From: Actinomycetota bacterium | Lineage (GTDB): Bacteria; Actinomycetota; Acidimicrobiia; Spongiisociales; UBA5794 | DNA: 35,005 nt | Direction of reading: 5' to 3' | Assembly: GCA_003648875.1 (NCBI GenBank) | Contig: QMQC01000001.1 | Span: forward strand, 1 to 35,005 | Shown: in pieces, positions 17,065-24,896 of the stretch | Layout of the letters: each line of letters starts with the position of its first letter | How positions within the stretch are numbered: the stretch's first letter is position 1 | Notes under the pieces: model-generated | Database searches by the model: none | The model's input: the letters and a program-made list of their open reading frames with translations, nothing else | What the model was told of the DNA's origin: nothing | Translations under genes and position numbers: made by a program

Positions 17065-18399
17065 GTGCCCGCAGGCATAGAAGGGTACAGCAAGCTAGGA
17101 TGCCGCTTCGTGGAAACCGTTGGACAGGGGGGGACTCCGCCCCACGAAGGGCGCCTGAAAGCGAAACGAAATCTGATTCCGCTCGTCGGTGGTCAGGCTA
17201 TATCGTTGTTCGGCGACTACATCGCGTTCTTCACGCTTCCACTGTTCGTGCTGTCGCTCACCGGAGACGCTTTCGACCTCGGTCTCACGGCGGCGGCCGA
17301 GACCCTCCCCATGCTGTTGTTCGGTCTTGCCGCTGGCGTGTTCCTCGATCGAAGGCGCAGACTCGGCGCAACTCTGATTGGTGCCGACCTGGTCCGAGCA
17401 GGACTGTTCCTCTTCCTTGCGGTCGGATCATATGGAGGCTGGATCAGCGAATACATCGTGTTCGCTGTCGCGTTCCTGACTGGGTCGATGGCAGTGCTCT
17501 TCGATTCGGGACTCCAGTCCTACATGACACGATCCCTGCTTGACGAGGATCTCATCAGAGCGAATACCCAGCTCGGCATCGCGCGAACACTCTCACTCAG
17601 CGCCGCACCTCTCGTCGGTGGCATCATCATCGCTCTTGCCGGTGGATTCGCCCTCGCGTTCGGACTCAATGCGGTGACCTTCGTGGTGTCTGGTGCTCTC
17701 CTTGCCTTCGTGCGACCCATCAAGCGCGTCTCGCCACCCGAGCATGAGCCCTTTGGCGTAGCGATCCGTTCAGGACTGAAGGTTCTCTTCGCGGATGATC
17801 GGCTGAAGTGGGGGACCTTGGGGGGAACGGTCACGAACCTGGTCTTTCAACCTCTCGAGATCCTCCTGGTGTTCTTTGTTGCAACGGAGGTTCTCGGCAT
17901 GGACGTATCCGACGGTTCCATCCTCGCCGAGCGCGGGCGTGAGATCGCTTTGTTCTTTGCTGCGCAGGCCGCGATCGGCTCCATCGGTGTCGCCTTCGCC
18001 GGTAGGATCGCCAGGCGCATTCCGCTTGGAACGATGTACGTGATCGGCCTGGCAATGCTCGGCTCCGGGTTCCTCACAGTCGCGATCATGGGGAATTGGC
18101 TTGCCATCATTCCTGCAGGGATCGCGATCACCGGTGTCACCTGGGTGAACGTGGCCCTCGTGACCATGCGTCAACAGCTCGCCCCTCGAGAGCACATGGG
18201 CAGGGTCATCGCCGCATCGCGCACATTCGCATGGGCAGGTCTCCCCGTCGGCGCAGCGATTGGCGGAGCACTCGCAGGAATGGTCGGAGTTGTACCCGTC
18301 TACATCGGTGGATCCACCGCGGTGATCGTCGTAGCGATCCTTCTGATGCGAACTGCGCTCTACCGGGATGCCGTTATGGCAGGAGGCCGTAGGCCGTAG
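17065..18399 (+). CDS. MFS transporter (EntS/MFS_3-like)
   Basis: About 12 hydrophobic segments. The N-terminal GGQAISLFGDYIAFFTLPLFVLSLTG and FLDRRRR are characteristic of this MFS subgroup. The tracked start is GTG, and the true start may lie a little downstream (for example GTG at 17110). Confidence 0.8.
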   Translation: MPAGIEGYSKLGCRFVETVGQGGTPPHEGRLKAKRNLIPLVGGQAISLFGDYIAFFTLPLFVLSLTGDAFDLGLTAAAETLPMLLFGLAAGVFLDRRRRLGATLIGADLVRAGLFLFLAVGSYGGWISEYIVFAVAFLTGSMAVLFDSGLQSYMTRSLLDEDLIRANTQLGIARTLSLSAAPLVGGIIIALAGGFALAFGLNAVTFVVSGALLAFVRPIKRVSPPEHEPFGVAIRSGLKVLFADDRLKWGTLGGTVTNLVFQPLEILLVFFVATEVLGMDVSDGSILAERGREIALFFAAQAAIGSIGVAFAGRIARRIPLGTMYVIGLAMLGSGFLTVAIMGNWLAIIPAGIAITGVTWVNVALVTMRQQLAPREHMGRVIAASRTFAWAGLPVGAAIGGALAGMVGVVPVYIGGSTAVIVVAILLMRTALYRDAVMAGGRRP

Positions 18400-18445
18400 A
18401 CCGTTCGCCGCCATCAGGTACCCGGAATCGGATTCCTACGTGGAT
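18385..18445. repeat. Heptad-word repeat / short palindrome at the convergent MFS and OmpA-operon gene ends
   Basis: GGCCGTA GGCCGTA GACCGTT (18385-18405) spans the MFS TAG stop. A GGAATCgGATTCC palindrome lies at 18424-18436. It shares the 10-mer CGGCCTACGG (reverse strand) with the element at 22401-22410. Confidence 0.5.
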
Positions 18446-18576
18446 CAGAACCGTCTGTTCTTGAATTTCTTCTTCTTCTTGGCCCCGCGTCGCGAGTTCA
18501 GCATCCAGCCAAGGGCAAATCCGAAGAGCGTCGCGATAATCATCCAGACGACGATCTGGCTTGCTACATACGTCAC
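18445..18576 (-). CDS. Candidate 43-aa membrane mini-protein with a poly-Lys tail (not in ORF track)
   Basis: (V)TYVASQIVVWMIIATLFGFALGWMLNSRRGAKKKKKFKNRRF. The GTG start overlaps the OmpA-like stop (GTGA) with GGAGGG about 7 nt upstream. G/C is strongly enriched at third codon positions by eye. Confidence 0.4.
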   Translation of the reverse strand: MTYVASQIVVWMIIATLFGFALGWMLNSRRGAKKKKKFKNRRF

Positions 18577-19751
18577 GACGTACCCTCCAGGGCTGTGAAC
18601 TCGATTCGACGGTTTCGAGCGCGCCCTTCTTCTGTGGAGTTGCTCTCCTTTGGCTGGGACTCACCGTAGCCGATTACTTCGAACCGTTCCCTCGATTCGC
18701 CATTCGCAATGAGATAATCGAGAACTGCATTGGCTCGATCTTCGGAGAGCTGCTGATTCTCAACGTCCGAGCCACGATCGTCGGTGTGTCCACTGATCTT
18801 CACGCGAACCTCCGGCGCCTGTTTCAGGGCATCAAGAATCCCATCGAGCAACTCCTCGCCCTTCTCCGTCAACTCGTAGCTCTTGATCTCGAATTCGACG
18901 ACCTTGCCCTCGATGAGCACGTCGAGGTTCACCTGCAACTCCTCGATCTCCTCCTGGGAAGGCCCGACCTCGAGTAACCGAATCGCTGGATTTGCGGCGA
19001 AGCCGATCTCGTCAGCCGTCTGGGTGACCCTGGAGTTGAGCTCGTTCCGTAGGTCCTTGTCCTCGACTTCCCCAGAGACCACCAGCAGTCTTCCGTTCGG
19101 ATCGACGATCAGCCTGCCAGAAGGCAGCAACGGGCTGATGCTCTTGAGAAGCCCCATGGTCGAACCAAGCCACCCGGGTTCCTCCTCGAGTCCCTCGAGA
19201 ATCGTGAGTCTCTCGAGGTCGAGAGATGGGAACGTATCAATCAACGTCTCATGCACCAGAGTCCTGCGGTCCTGGGTGGCGACATTGCCGATGACGATCG
19301 CAGACTCACCGTCCCAGACGATCTCGATGGCATCGCCTGTGATCACTATCTCCTCGAGTTCACCGGAGAAGATTGGCCAGAGCTTTCCCTCGACCGCGCG
19401 CACACCGGTCAGGGCCGCTACCGCGATGAAGGCGTCGTCTTCAGATTGTTCCGTCGTGATCGAGCCGGAGAGAACAACCGTTGCCCCGGTGGCTTTGACG
19501 TCGACATCGTGAAATCCTGCGTCCTCGAGCGTCTGCAGCGACCGTTCCTCCAGGTTCGTCTCGATGTTCTTTGTCCCGAAGTTCACAGCGGCGAACGACA
19601 ATGCTATGAAGACCGACAGCGAAATCAAGAGGAACGTCGTAGCGGATGTGATCGCATCGTCCTCAGATTCGCCTCCGAACGAGGGCGGTCGGGACGAAGT
19701 TCCCGTGTACCGGGAGACATCAGCAATGCTGCGTCTCTTTCTTCTGACCAT
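18573..19751 (-). CDS. Membrane-anchored BON-domain / OmpA-like peptidoglycan-binding protein (ArfA/OmpATb-like)
   Basis: It has an N-terminal transmembrane segment (TTFLLISLSVFIALSFAAV) and a BON-like segment (VDVKATGATVVLSGSITTEQSEDDAFIAVAALTGVRAVE). The C-terminal OmpA_C motif is ISGHTDDRGSDVENQQLSEDRANAV...ARNRRIEF. The ATG at 19751 has a GGAGAGG Shine-Dalgarno sequence. Confidence 0.8.
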   Translation of the reverse strand: MVRRKRRSIADVSRYTGTSSRPPSFGGESEDDAITSATTFLLISLSVFIALSFAAVNFGTKNIETNLEERSLQTLEDAGFHDVDVKATGATVVLSGSITTEQSEDDAFIAVAALTGVRAVEGKLWPIFSGELEEIVITGDAIEIVWDGESAIVIGNVATQDRRTLVHETLIDTFPSLDLERLTILEGLEEEPGWLGSTMGLLKSISPLLPSGRLIVDPNGRLLVVSGEVEDKDLRNELNSRVTQTADEIGFAANPAIRLLEVGPSQEEIEELQVNLDVLIEGKVVEFEIKSYELTEKGEELLDGILDALKQAPEVRVKISGHTDDRGSDVENQQLSEDRANAVLDYLIANGESRERFEVIGYGESQPKESNSTEEGRARNRRIEFTALEGTS

Positions 19752-19845
19752 CGAACCTCTCCGTCGTCCTTGCAATGTTACAGACGTACCTTGGTACCGC
19801 TCCTATGGGTCCGATCGGTGTGCGTCGCGCAATGAGACACCGACT

Positions 19846-20589
19846 TCAGGAGGCTTCCTCGACTGTTGATTCGACATCGTTCGTGTCGAATACTGCCGCG
19901 AGTGCCGGTGACCTCGCTGCTCCGTGCTCGATCATGCCGACAACTGCAGCCTGTAGAGAGCGCACCTTCTCGACGAGGTCAGTGTGTTCGGCCTCGAGGG
20001 TTGACCTGATGTCTGAGGACTCCCGCTGCGCTGCGGCGATACGGATCGCAGCCTCGTGGCGAGCGGCGTCGATCGTCTCCCGAGCTCGGCGATCGGCCTC
20101 CTCCCCTGCTCTACGACCGCGTTCTGCTGCTTCAGCCTCGAGCTGGGTTGATTCTGCCTTGGCTCGCTCCTCGATGGACGACGCCTCTCTCGTGGCGCTT
20201 TCGAGCCGCTCCTTGGCCTGCAGGAGGACTGCGGTACTCTCCTCCTGGGCTCTTTGCGCTTCCTTCTTGGGCACTTCAACCAGCCGACCTGCCTCGGATC
20301 TCGCATCCGCGATCAGCTGTTGTGCTCGATCCTGGGCCTCGTCGAGAAGCTGCTGCTTCGACTCTGCGGCCGCAAGGAAGGCAGCTTCGACGTTGCCCTC
20401 GGCATCGAGGGGAGCCTGGATCTTGCGTTCCAGTGCGTTCGCTCGCACGCCTTCACGTCTCAGATTGGCCTCGAGCTCGGTTACCTCATCGGCGATCCTG
20501 TCGAGAAACCGCGCCACCTCGTCCGGATCGAAACCCTTGCGGCTGCGGGTGAATTCCTTGCTCCGAATCTGATCTGTCAGTGACTGCAT
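19846..20589 (-). CDS. DivIVA-domain coiled-coil protein
   Basis: The N-terminal IRSKEFTRSRKGFDPDEVARFLDRIADEV is the DivIVA signature, followed by a long Ala/Glu/Arg coiled coil. A GAGAGG Shine-Dalgarno sequence is present. Confidence 0.8.
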   Translation of the reverse strand: MQSLTDQIRSKEFTRSRKGFDPDEVARFLDRIADEVTELEANLRREGVRANALERKIQAPLDAEGNVEAAFLAAAESKQQLLDEAQDRAQQLIADARSEAGRLVEVPKKEAQRAQEESTAVLLQAKERLESATREASSIEERAKAESTQLEAEAAERGRRAGEEADRRARETIDAARHEAAIRIAAAQRESSDIRSTLEAEHTDLVEKVRSLQAAVVGMIEHGAARSPALAAVFDTNDVESTVEEAS

Positions 20590-20774
20590 CGGTGACCTCT
20601 CTTATGATCACCCTCCAACCCGTCTCCGAATTCACCAGCGATGAACGTGCGACGTGGTCAAGAGCGTACCCTGAGTGTCAATCGGCATCGGGCCGCCACC
20701 TCTTTAGGACATCCGCGGTCGACCGCTGCCCATCGTTTCGTCCTGTCCCGGGATCTTGAGCTACCGTCTACCGG

Positions 20775-21455
20775 GTGTTGGCCCAGATGACCGCAACGAT
20801 CGGCGAATCAGACTGCGAGACCATCAGCAACGGGCTTCTCGCCCAGCCTGTGAACGCTGTGTCGAGCCTTGCCTATGTCGTGGTCGGTGGGATCGTCCTG
20901 TACTCGATTACTCGATCCGAGGACGAAGAGCGGTCGAATCGGCTGGTGTTCGGGTTCCTGCTCGTCGCCACCGGCGTCGGCAGCGTGCTCTTCCACGGGC
21001 CCCAGGGACCGGCCAGTCGTTTCGTTCACGATGTGACGTTCGTACTCACGGTGCTCTTCATTGCGGTCATAACCATCAGTGGGATCGTTGGATGGGCGCG
21101 CGGTGTGCAATGGGCTGTGTTCCTTTCTGCGGCCGCCTTGACAGCCATCGTGCTTGCTGTGTGGCCGTCGAGCACCAACGTTCTCGCAGGCGCGTCCTTG
21201 ATGCTGCTCATCGCAAGCGATGTACTCGGTCATAGGACCGGTGCGATCCGCAAACGCTGGTGGAGGGCGGCCGTGACGGCAGTTGTCATTGCAGTGGCAT
21301 TGTTCATCGCCGGAAGGACCGGCGGTCCGTTGTGCGACTCATCGTCGCTGTTCCAAGGTCATGCTGCGTGGCATGTTCTCTCGGCTGGGGCGTTGTGGGC
21401 ATACTTCGAATCGACCGCACCGGTGAGGGCTGGCATCTCGGAGGATGTTTCGTGA
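20775..21455 (+). CDS. Integral membrane protein, ceramidase-family-like (PF05875-type motifs)
   Basis: CETISNGLLAQPVNAVSSLAY, GSVLFHG, HDVTF and GHAAWHVLSA resemble the conserved Cys/His/Asp pattern of alkaline-ceramidase-like proteins. There are about seven hydrophobic segments. The start is GTG at 20775 or ATG at 20787. Confidence 0.55.
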   Translation: MLAQMTATIGESDCETISNGLLAQPVNAVSSLAYVVVGGIVLYSITRSEDEERSNRLVFGFLLVATGVGSVLFHGPQGPASRFVHDVTFVLTVLFIAVITISGIVGWARGVQWAVFLSAAALTAIVLAVWPSSTNVLAGASLMLLIASDVLGHRTGAIRKRWWRAAVTAVVIAVALFIAGRTGGPLCDSSSLFQGHAAWHVLSAGALWAYFESTAPVRAGISEDVS

Positions 21456-22366
21456 CCACACACCCATCCATGGAGGACGTCCGGGCTGCCGCAGGCCGAA
21501 TCGAGTCCTTCACGCACAGGACGCCTGTGTTCACATCCCGGTATCTCGACACCTACACCGGTTCGACCGTGTTTCTCAAGGCGGAGAACCTTCAGAAGGT
21601 CGGGGCTTTCAAGGCACGGGGAGCCACGAACGCTGTCCTCTCCCTCAGTGAGGATGCCGCTGGGAGAGGTGTCGTCACCCACTCATCCGGCAACCATGGA
21701 CAGGCCGTCGCCTATGCGTGCTCGATCCGAAAGATCGCTGCCACTGTGGTCATGCCCGAGCACGCTCCGGACGTGAAGGTAGATGCTGTGAGGGGATACG
21801 GCGCAAGCGTGGTGTTCTGCCAGCAATCGGAGCGAGCTCCAACGGTCTCACGTCTGATCGCCGACCACGGCTTCACGGAGGTGCATCCCTTCGATGACCC
21901 TGTTGTCATCGCCGGACAGGCAACGGCAACTCTTGAGCTGGTTGATGAGATTCCTGACCTCGATGTCATACTCGCCCCGATCGGCGGCGGTGGTCTCCTC
22001 GCTGGCGCTTCGATCGTTGCCACTGAGATCGGTATCGACGTGATTGGAGCCGAGCCCGAAGTCGTAGACGATTCGTTTCGATCTCTTCGTGATGGAGTCA
22101 GATATCCAGCAACCGGAGCCATCAGCGTGGGAGATGGCTTGTTGGTCGGCATCGGCGCGATCCCCTTTGCCATCCTTCACGGCGCCAATCGAACCGTGGT
22201 AACCGTCACAGAGAAGGAGATCATCGATGCGATGCAAACCCTGGCTCAACGCACGAAGCTCGTCGTGGAACCTTCGGGTGCAACGGCTATAGCCGCGCTC
22301 ATGCGCCACATCCCCCTCTTTGCGGGAAGACGCGTCGGTGTCATTCTCACGGGCGGGAACGTGTGA
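21452..22366 (+). CDS. PLP-dependent serine/threonine dehydratase-family enzyme
   Basis: TPVFTSRYL...VFLKAENLQKVGAFKARGA carries the PLP lysine. HSSGNHGQAVAYA and a Gly-rich loop (IGGGGLLAG) are also present. The start is either GTG at 21452, overlapping the upstream stop (GTGA), or ATG at 21470. The tracked upstream extension looks spurious. Confidence 0.85.
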   Translation: MTTHPSMEDVRAAAGRIESFTHRTPVFTSRYLDTYTGSTVFLKAENLQKVGAFKARGATNAVLSLSEDAAGRGVVTHSSGNHGQAVAYACSIRKIAATVVMPEHAPDVKVDAVRGYGASVVFCQQSERAPTVSRLIADHGFTEVHPFDDPVVIAGQATATLELVDEIPDLDVILAPIGGGGLLAGASIVATEIGIDVIGAEPEVVDDSFRSLRDGVRYPATGAISVGDGLLVGIGAIPFAILHGANRTVVTVTEKEIIDAMQTLAQRTKLVVEPSGATAIAALMRHIPLFAGRRVGVILTGGNV

Positions 22367-22371
22367 GGGAA

Positions 22372-22453
22372 GAAGTTCAAAGTTTTCGGTTCACGGTTTT
22401 CGGCCTACGGAAGGTTCTGACCGTGAACCGCGGACCGTAAACCGAAAACTTCC
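22372..22453. repeat. Composite imperfect palindrome built of NNNNCGG heptads between convergent genes (likely bidirectional terminator / REP-like element)
   Basis: AGTTTTCGG (22381-22389) pairs with CCGAAAACT (22442-22450). CGGTTCACGG (22387-22396) pairs with CCGTGAACCG (22421-22430). The left arm reads TTTTCGG TTCACGG TTTTCGG CCTACGG and the right arm reads CCGTGAA CCGCGGA CCGTAAA CCGAAAA. Confidence 0.8.
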
Positions 22454-23244
22454 TACAACAACGTCGACAGGTTCGTCAGGGCGGTTCCATAGGCGCTGCG
22501 AGCCTCTGCAAGGTTCCGTGACGATCTCACTTCGCGCTCCCTTGCATCCTGGAGAGCGGCCTGACCGGCATCAGAGCGGGCTTCAACCGTGCGATAGTTC
22601 ATCCGAGCCTCTGCACGATCGTCCACAGACCGCCTCAGGGACCGCATTGATGCAATCGTGGCACTTGCTTGCTGGGCTGTCCTCTGGTCGGGTGCACCGG
22701 CTTCCAATGCATAGAGACTGTCACTCGCCTTGCCGATTCGGTCGTCGAGTTGCTTCCAGGTCTCCGCAAGGGCAGTCCCTGCAGTGGCTCCGACAGCTGA
22801 CTTGCCATCAAACGTTGCATTGCCTCGCCAGATCGCGAGATCCTCGGACATGGCGTCAAAGAGCCACCGAGCGTCGGAGTAGCCCTTGCGTGCGTACTCC
22901 TTCCAACTCGTGGGAGGCTGGGCAACAACGATCTTCTTCTTCGACCCTCTCGAGACGAACGCAATGATGAGAATGAGGAACGCACCCAGCACGACCAGCA
23001 GGAGCCACCATGGTGTGGTTGCTTCTGTGTCCTCTTCAGCCGGCACCGTGGAGTCGGGTGCGTCTGACGGGGGCGGTGCCTCGGTGGTATCTGGTGCGTC
23101 GGTTGTGTCGGGTGCGTCCGGAGCTGCCGTAGTGGTGATGCCTCCCTCAGGCAGGGAGGGAAGGGTGCCATCGCCATCGCCGAGACCACATGATGCAAGC
23201 AACAGAACACCCGCTACGGTGATCGCCATCGCCCGAATTCGCAT
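22453..23244 (-). CDS. Hypothetical lipoprotein with Pro/Thr/Asp-rich linker, internal TM helix and helical C-terminal domain
   Basis: MRIRAMAITVAGVLLLASCG forms a lipobox (L-A-S-C). Further features are a DAPDTT DAPDTT repeat, the transmembrane segment WWLLLVVLGAFLILIIAFV, and a roughly 165-aa Ala/Arg-rich domain. The ATG at 23244 has a GGAAGGA Shine-Dalgarno sequence. Confidence 0.6.
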   Translation of the reverse strand: MRIRAMAITVAGVLLLASCGLGDGDGTLPSLPEGGITTTAAPDAPDTTDAPDTTEAPPPSDAPDSTVPAEEDTEATTPWWLLLVVLGAFLILIIAFVSRGSKKKIVVAQPPTSWKEYARKGYSDARWLFDAMSEDLAIWRGNATFDGKSAVGATAGTALAETWKQLDDRIGKASDSLYALEAGAPDQRTAQQASATIASMRSLRRSVDDRAEARMNYRTVEARSDAGQAALQDAREREVRSSRNLAEARSAYGTALTNLSTLL

Positions 23245-23333
23245 CTCGTTCCTTCCATTCTTCGCCGGCACCCATGCTACAGCCAACGAGAACACGCGAA
23301 GCTACACTTCCCAAGCACGACGAAGGAACACTC

Positions 23334-23660
23334 ATGGATTTCTGGGACGTCTTCTGGACGCTTGTGATCTGGATTCCCCTCATCCTCCTGTGGGGCTTTG
23401 CGCTTGTTGATCTCTTCGCCTCGAGTCATCCGGGGTTGGCAAAGGTTCTTTGGGCGATCGCGATCATCTTCCTGCCGATCATCGGTGTGATCCTGTACTT
23501 CGCACTTCGTCCGAGCCACGAAGAGACCTACAACGTTGCTTCGGCGCGACAGGTAGGTCCCTCCGACTCAGATGACATCGCAAGACTCGCCGACATGAAT
23601 GAGCGTGGGATCCTGGGTGATGCAGATTTCGCCCGCATCGTCACAACGATGTATCGCTAG
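23334..23660 (+). CDS. Small membrane protein, PLDc_N-like N-terminus plus SHOCT-like C-terminus
   Basis: MDFWDVFWTLVIWIPLILLWGFALVDLF...KVLWAIAIIFLPIIGVILYFAL fits the PLD-nuclease-N (cardiolipin synthase N-terminal) layout. The C-terminal IARLADMNERGILGDADFARI is SHOCT-like. A GAAGGA Shine-Dalgarno sequence is present. Confidence 0.65.
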   Translation: MDFWDVFWTLVIWIPLILLWGFALVDLFASSHPGLAKVLWAIAIIFLPIIGVILYFALRPSHEETYNVASARQVGPSDSDDIARLADMNERGILGDADFARIVTTMYR

Positions 23661-23679
23661 TGCCCTTTGCACCAAGCCG

Positions 23680-24864
23680 CTAGAACTGGCCGGGGGTCCA
23701 GTCCCTGAGATCGAATACCTTCCGAGTGGCCACAACGTCGGCGAGCACCTCATCAGGGATCCTGTCAACGGTTTCGGCTATCTCTACCTCAGACGCAGCG
23801 GTGGCCACAAGCCCTCCTCCGGAGAGATCGCACACTTCCTGCGCACGGGCAGACAACTCTGCGGTGCCGACCATGCGGGCGAGGTCGATGATCGACTCCT
23901 TTGGGAGACCGAGAAGCGGCCGCAGAATCGGTGTTTCGACAGACTTCGATACGGCAACGAGGTGCGGCAGTGTTTGGCTGGAGACCTGGCCGAGAGCATC
24001 TCCTGTCAAGAGAGCCGTGATCCCGGCACCCTGAGCGATCTCGCTCGCTGCGCGCGCCATCATCACCTTGAGGCTGACCTGGCGCATTCTCGGATCTACA
24101 TGCTCGAACAGAGCGTCCTTGACCGGTTGGAATTCGACAACGTGAACAACAGGCTCAGTCCCATGGCCCCACTGTGTCCACAGTTCTCGAGCGACAGCAA
24201 TCGCATGGTCAGATTGAGCACAGTTCAGGTCGAAATGGACAAAGTCGACAGGGCACCCTCTTGACATCAACATCCACGCCGCCACGACGGAGTCGAATCC
24301 ACCAGAGACCAGACAGAGTACGCGGTCCTGGGTGCCGAGCGGTAGCCCCCCTGCAGCCTTTTGATGATCGATCACAAGGAACGCTCGTTGATCGAGCACT
24401 GTGACATGAACCTCGACTTCGGGATTCGTGAGATCGACACCAGCTGACTGGGAGTAGAGCTCTGCACCGATGAGACGAGCAAGGTCCATTGAGTTCCACT
24501 CGTGGGTTCCGCGACGCTTGACCCTTGCTGCGAAGGTATGCCCGTCCACCTGGCCGGAAGTGATCTGCGCGACGCTCTTCGCCAGATCCTCGATGTCATC
24601 GAACGCGATGTGACGAACCGTATCCACGGATGAGAGGCCGAACACCGAGAGAGCAGCCGACCGGACTGCATCGACAACCGAATCCGAGGGGTTGAGCTCA
24701 AATCTATGGGAACCAACCCTCTTGGTTTGTCCCCGATATCCTGCCATTCCGAGCGCGTGGTCGAGGTTCGCACGCACGCGTTTGATCAGCCGCCTCTGGG
24801 TGCGTTGGGATTTGAGGAAGACATCGCCCGACAGCGTGACATGGAGAGTGGTCGTTGTAGGCAT
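23680..24864 (-). CDS. thiI: tRNA 4-thiouridine(8) synthase ThiI (no rhodanese domain)
   Basis: An N-terminal ferredoxin-like/THUMP region is followed by the PP-loop VLCLVSGGFDSVVAAWM. The 394-aa length is typical of the rhodanese-less form. Confidence 0.85.
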   Translation of the reverse strand: MPTTTTLHVTLSGDVFLKSQRTQRRLIKRVRANLDHALGMAGYRGQTKRVGSHRFELNPSDSVVDAVRSAALSVFGLSSVDTVRHIAFDDIEDLAKSVAQITSGQVDGHTFAARVKRRGTHEWNSMDLARLIGAELYSQSAGVDLTNPEVEVHVTVLDQRAFLVIDHQKAAGGLPLGTQDRVLCLVSGGFDSVVAAWMLMSRGCPVDFVHFDLNCAQSDHAIAVARELWTQWGHGTEPVVHVVEFQPVKDALFEHVDPRMRQVSLKVMMARAASEIAQGAGITALLTGDALGQVSSQTLPHLVAVSKSVETPILRPLLGLPKESIIDLARMVGTAELSARAQEVCDLSGGGLVATAASEVEIAETVDRIPDEVLADVVATRKVFDLRDWTPGQF

Positions 24865-24896
24865 GCTTCAATGATACGAAGCCATGTCGCGTCTTG

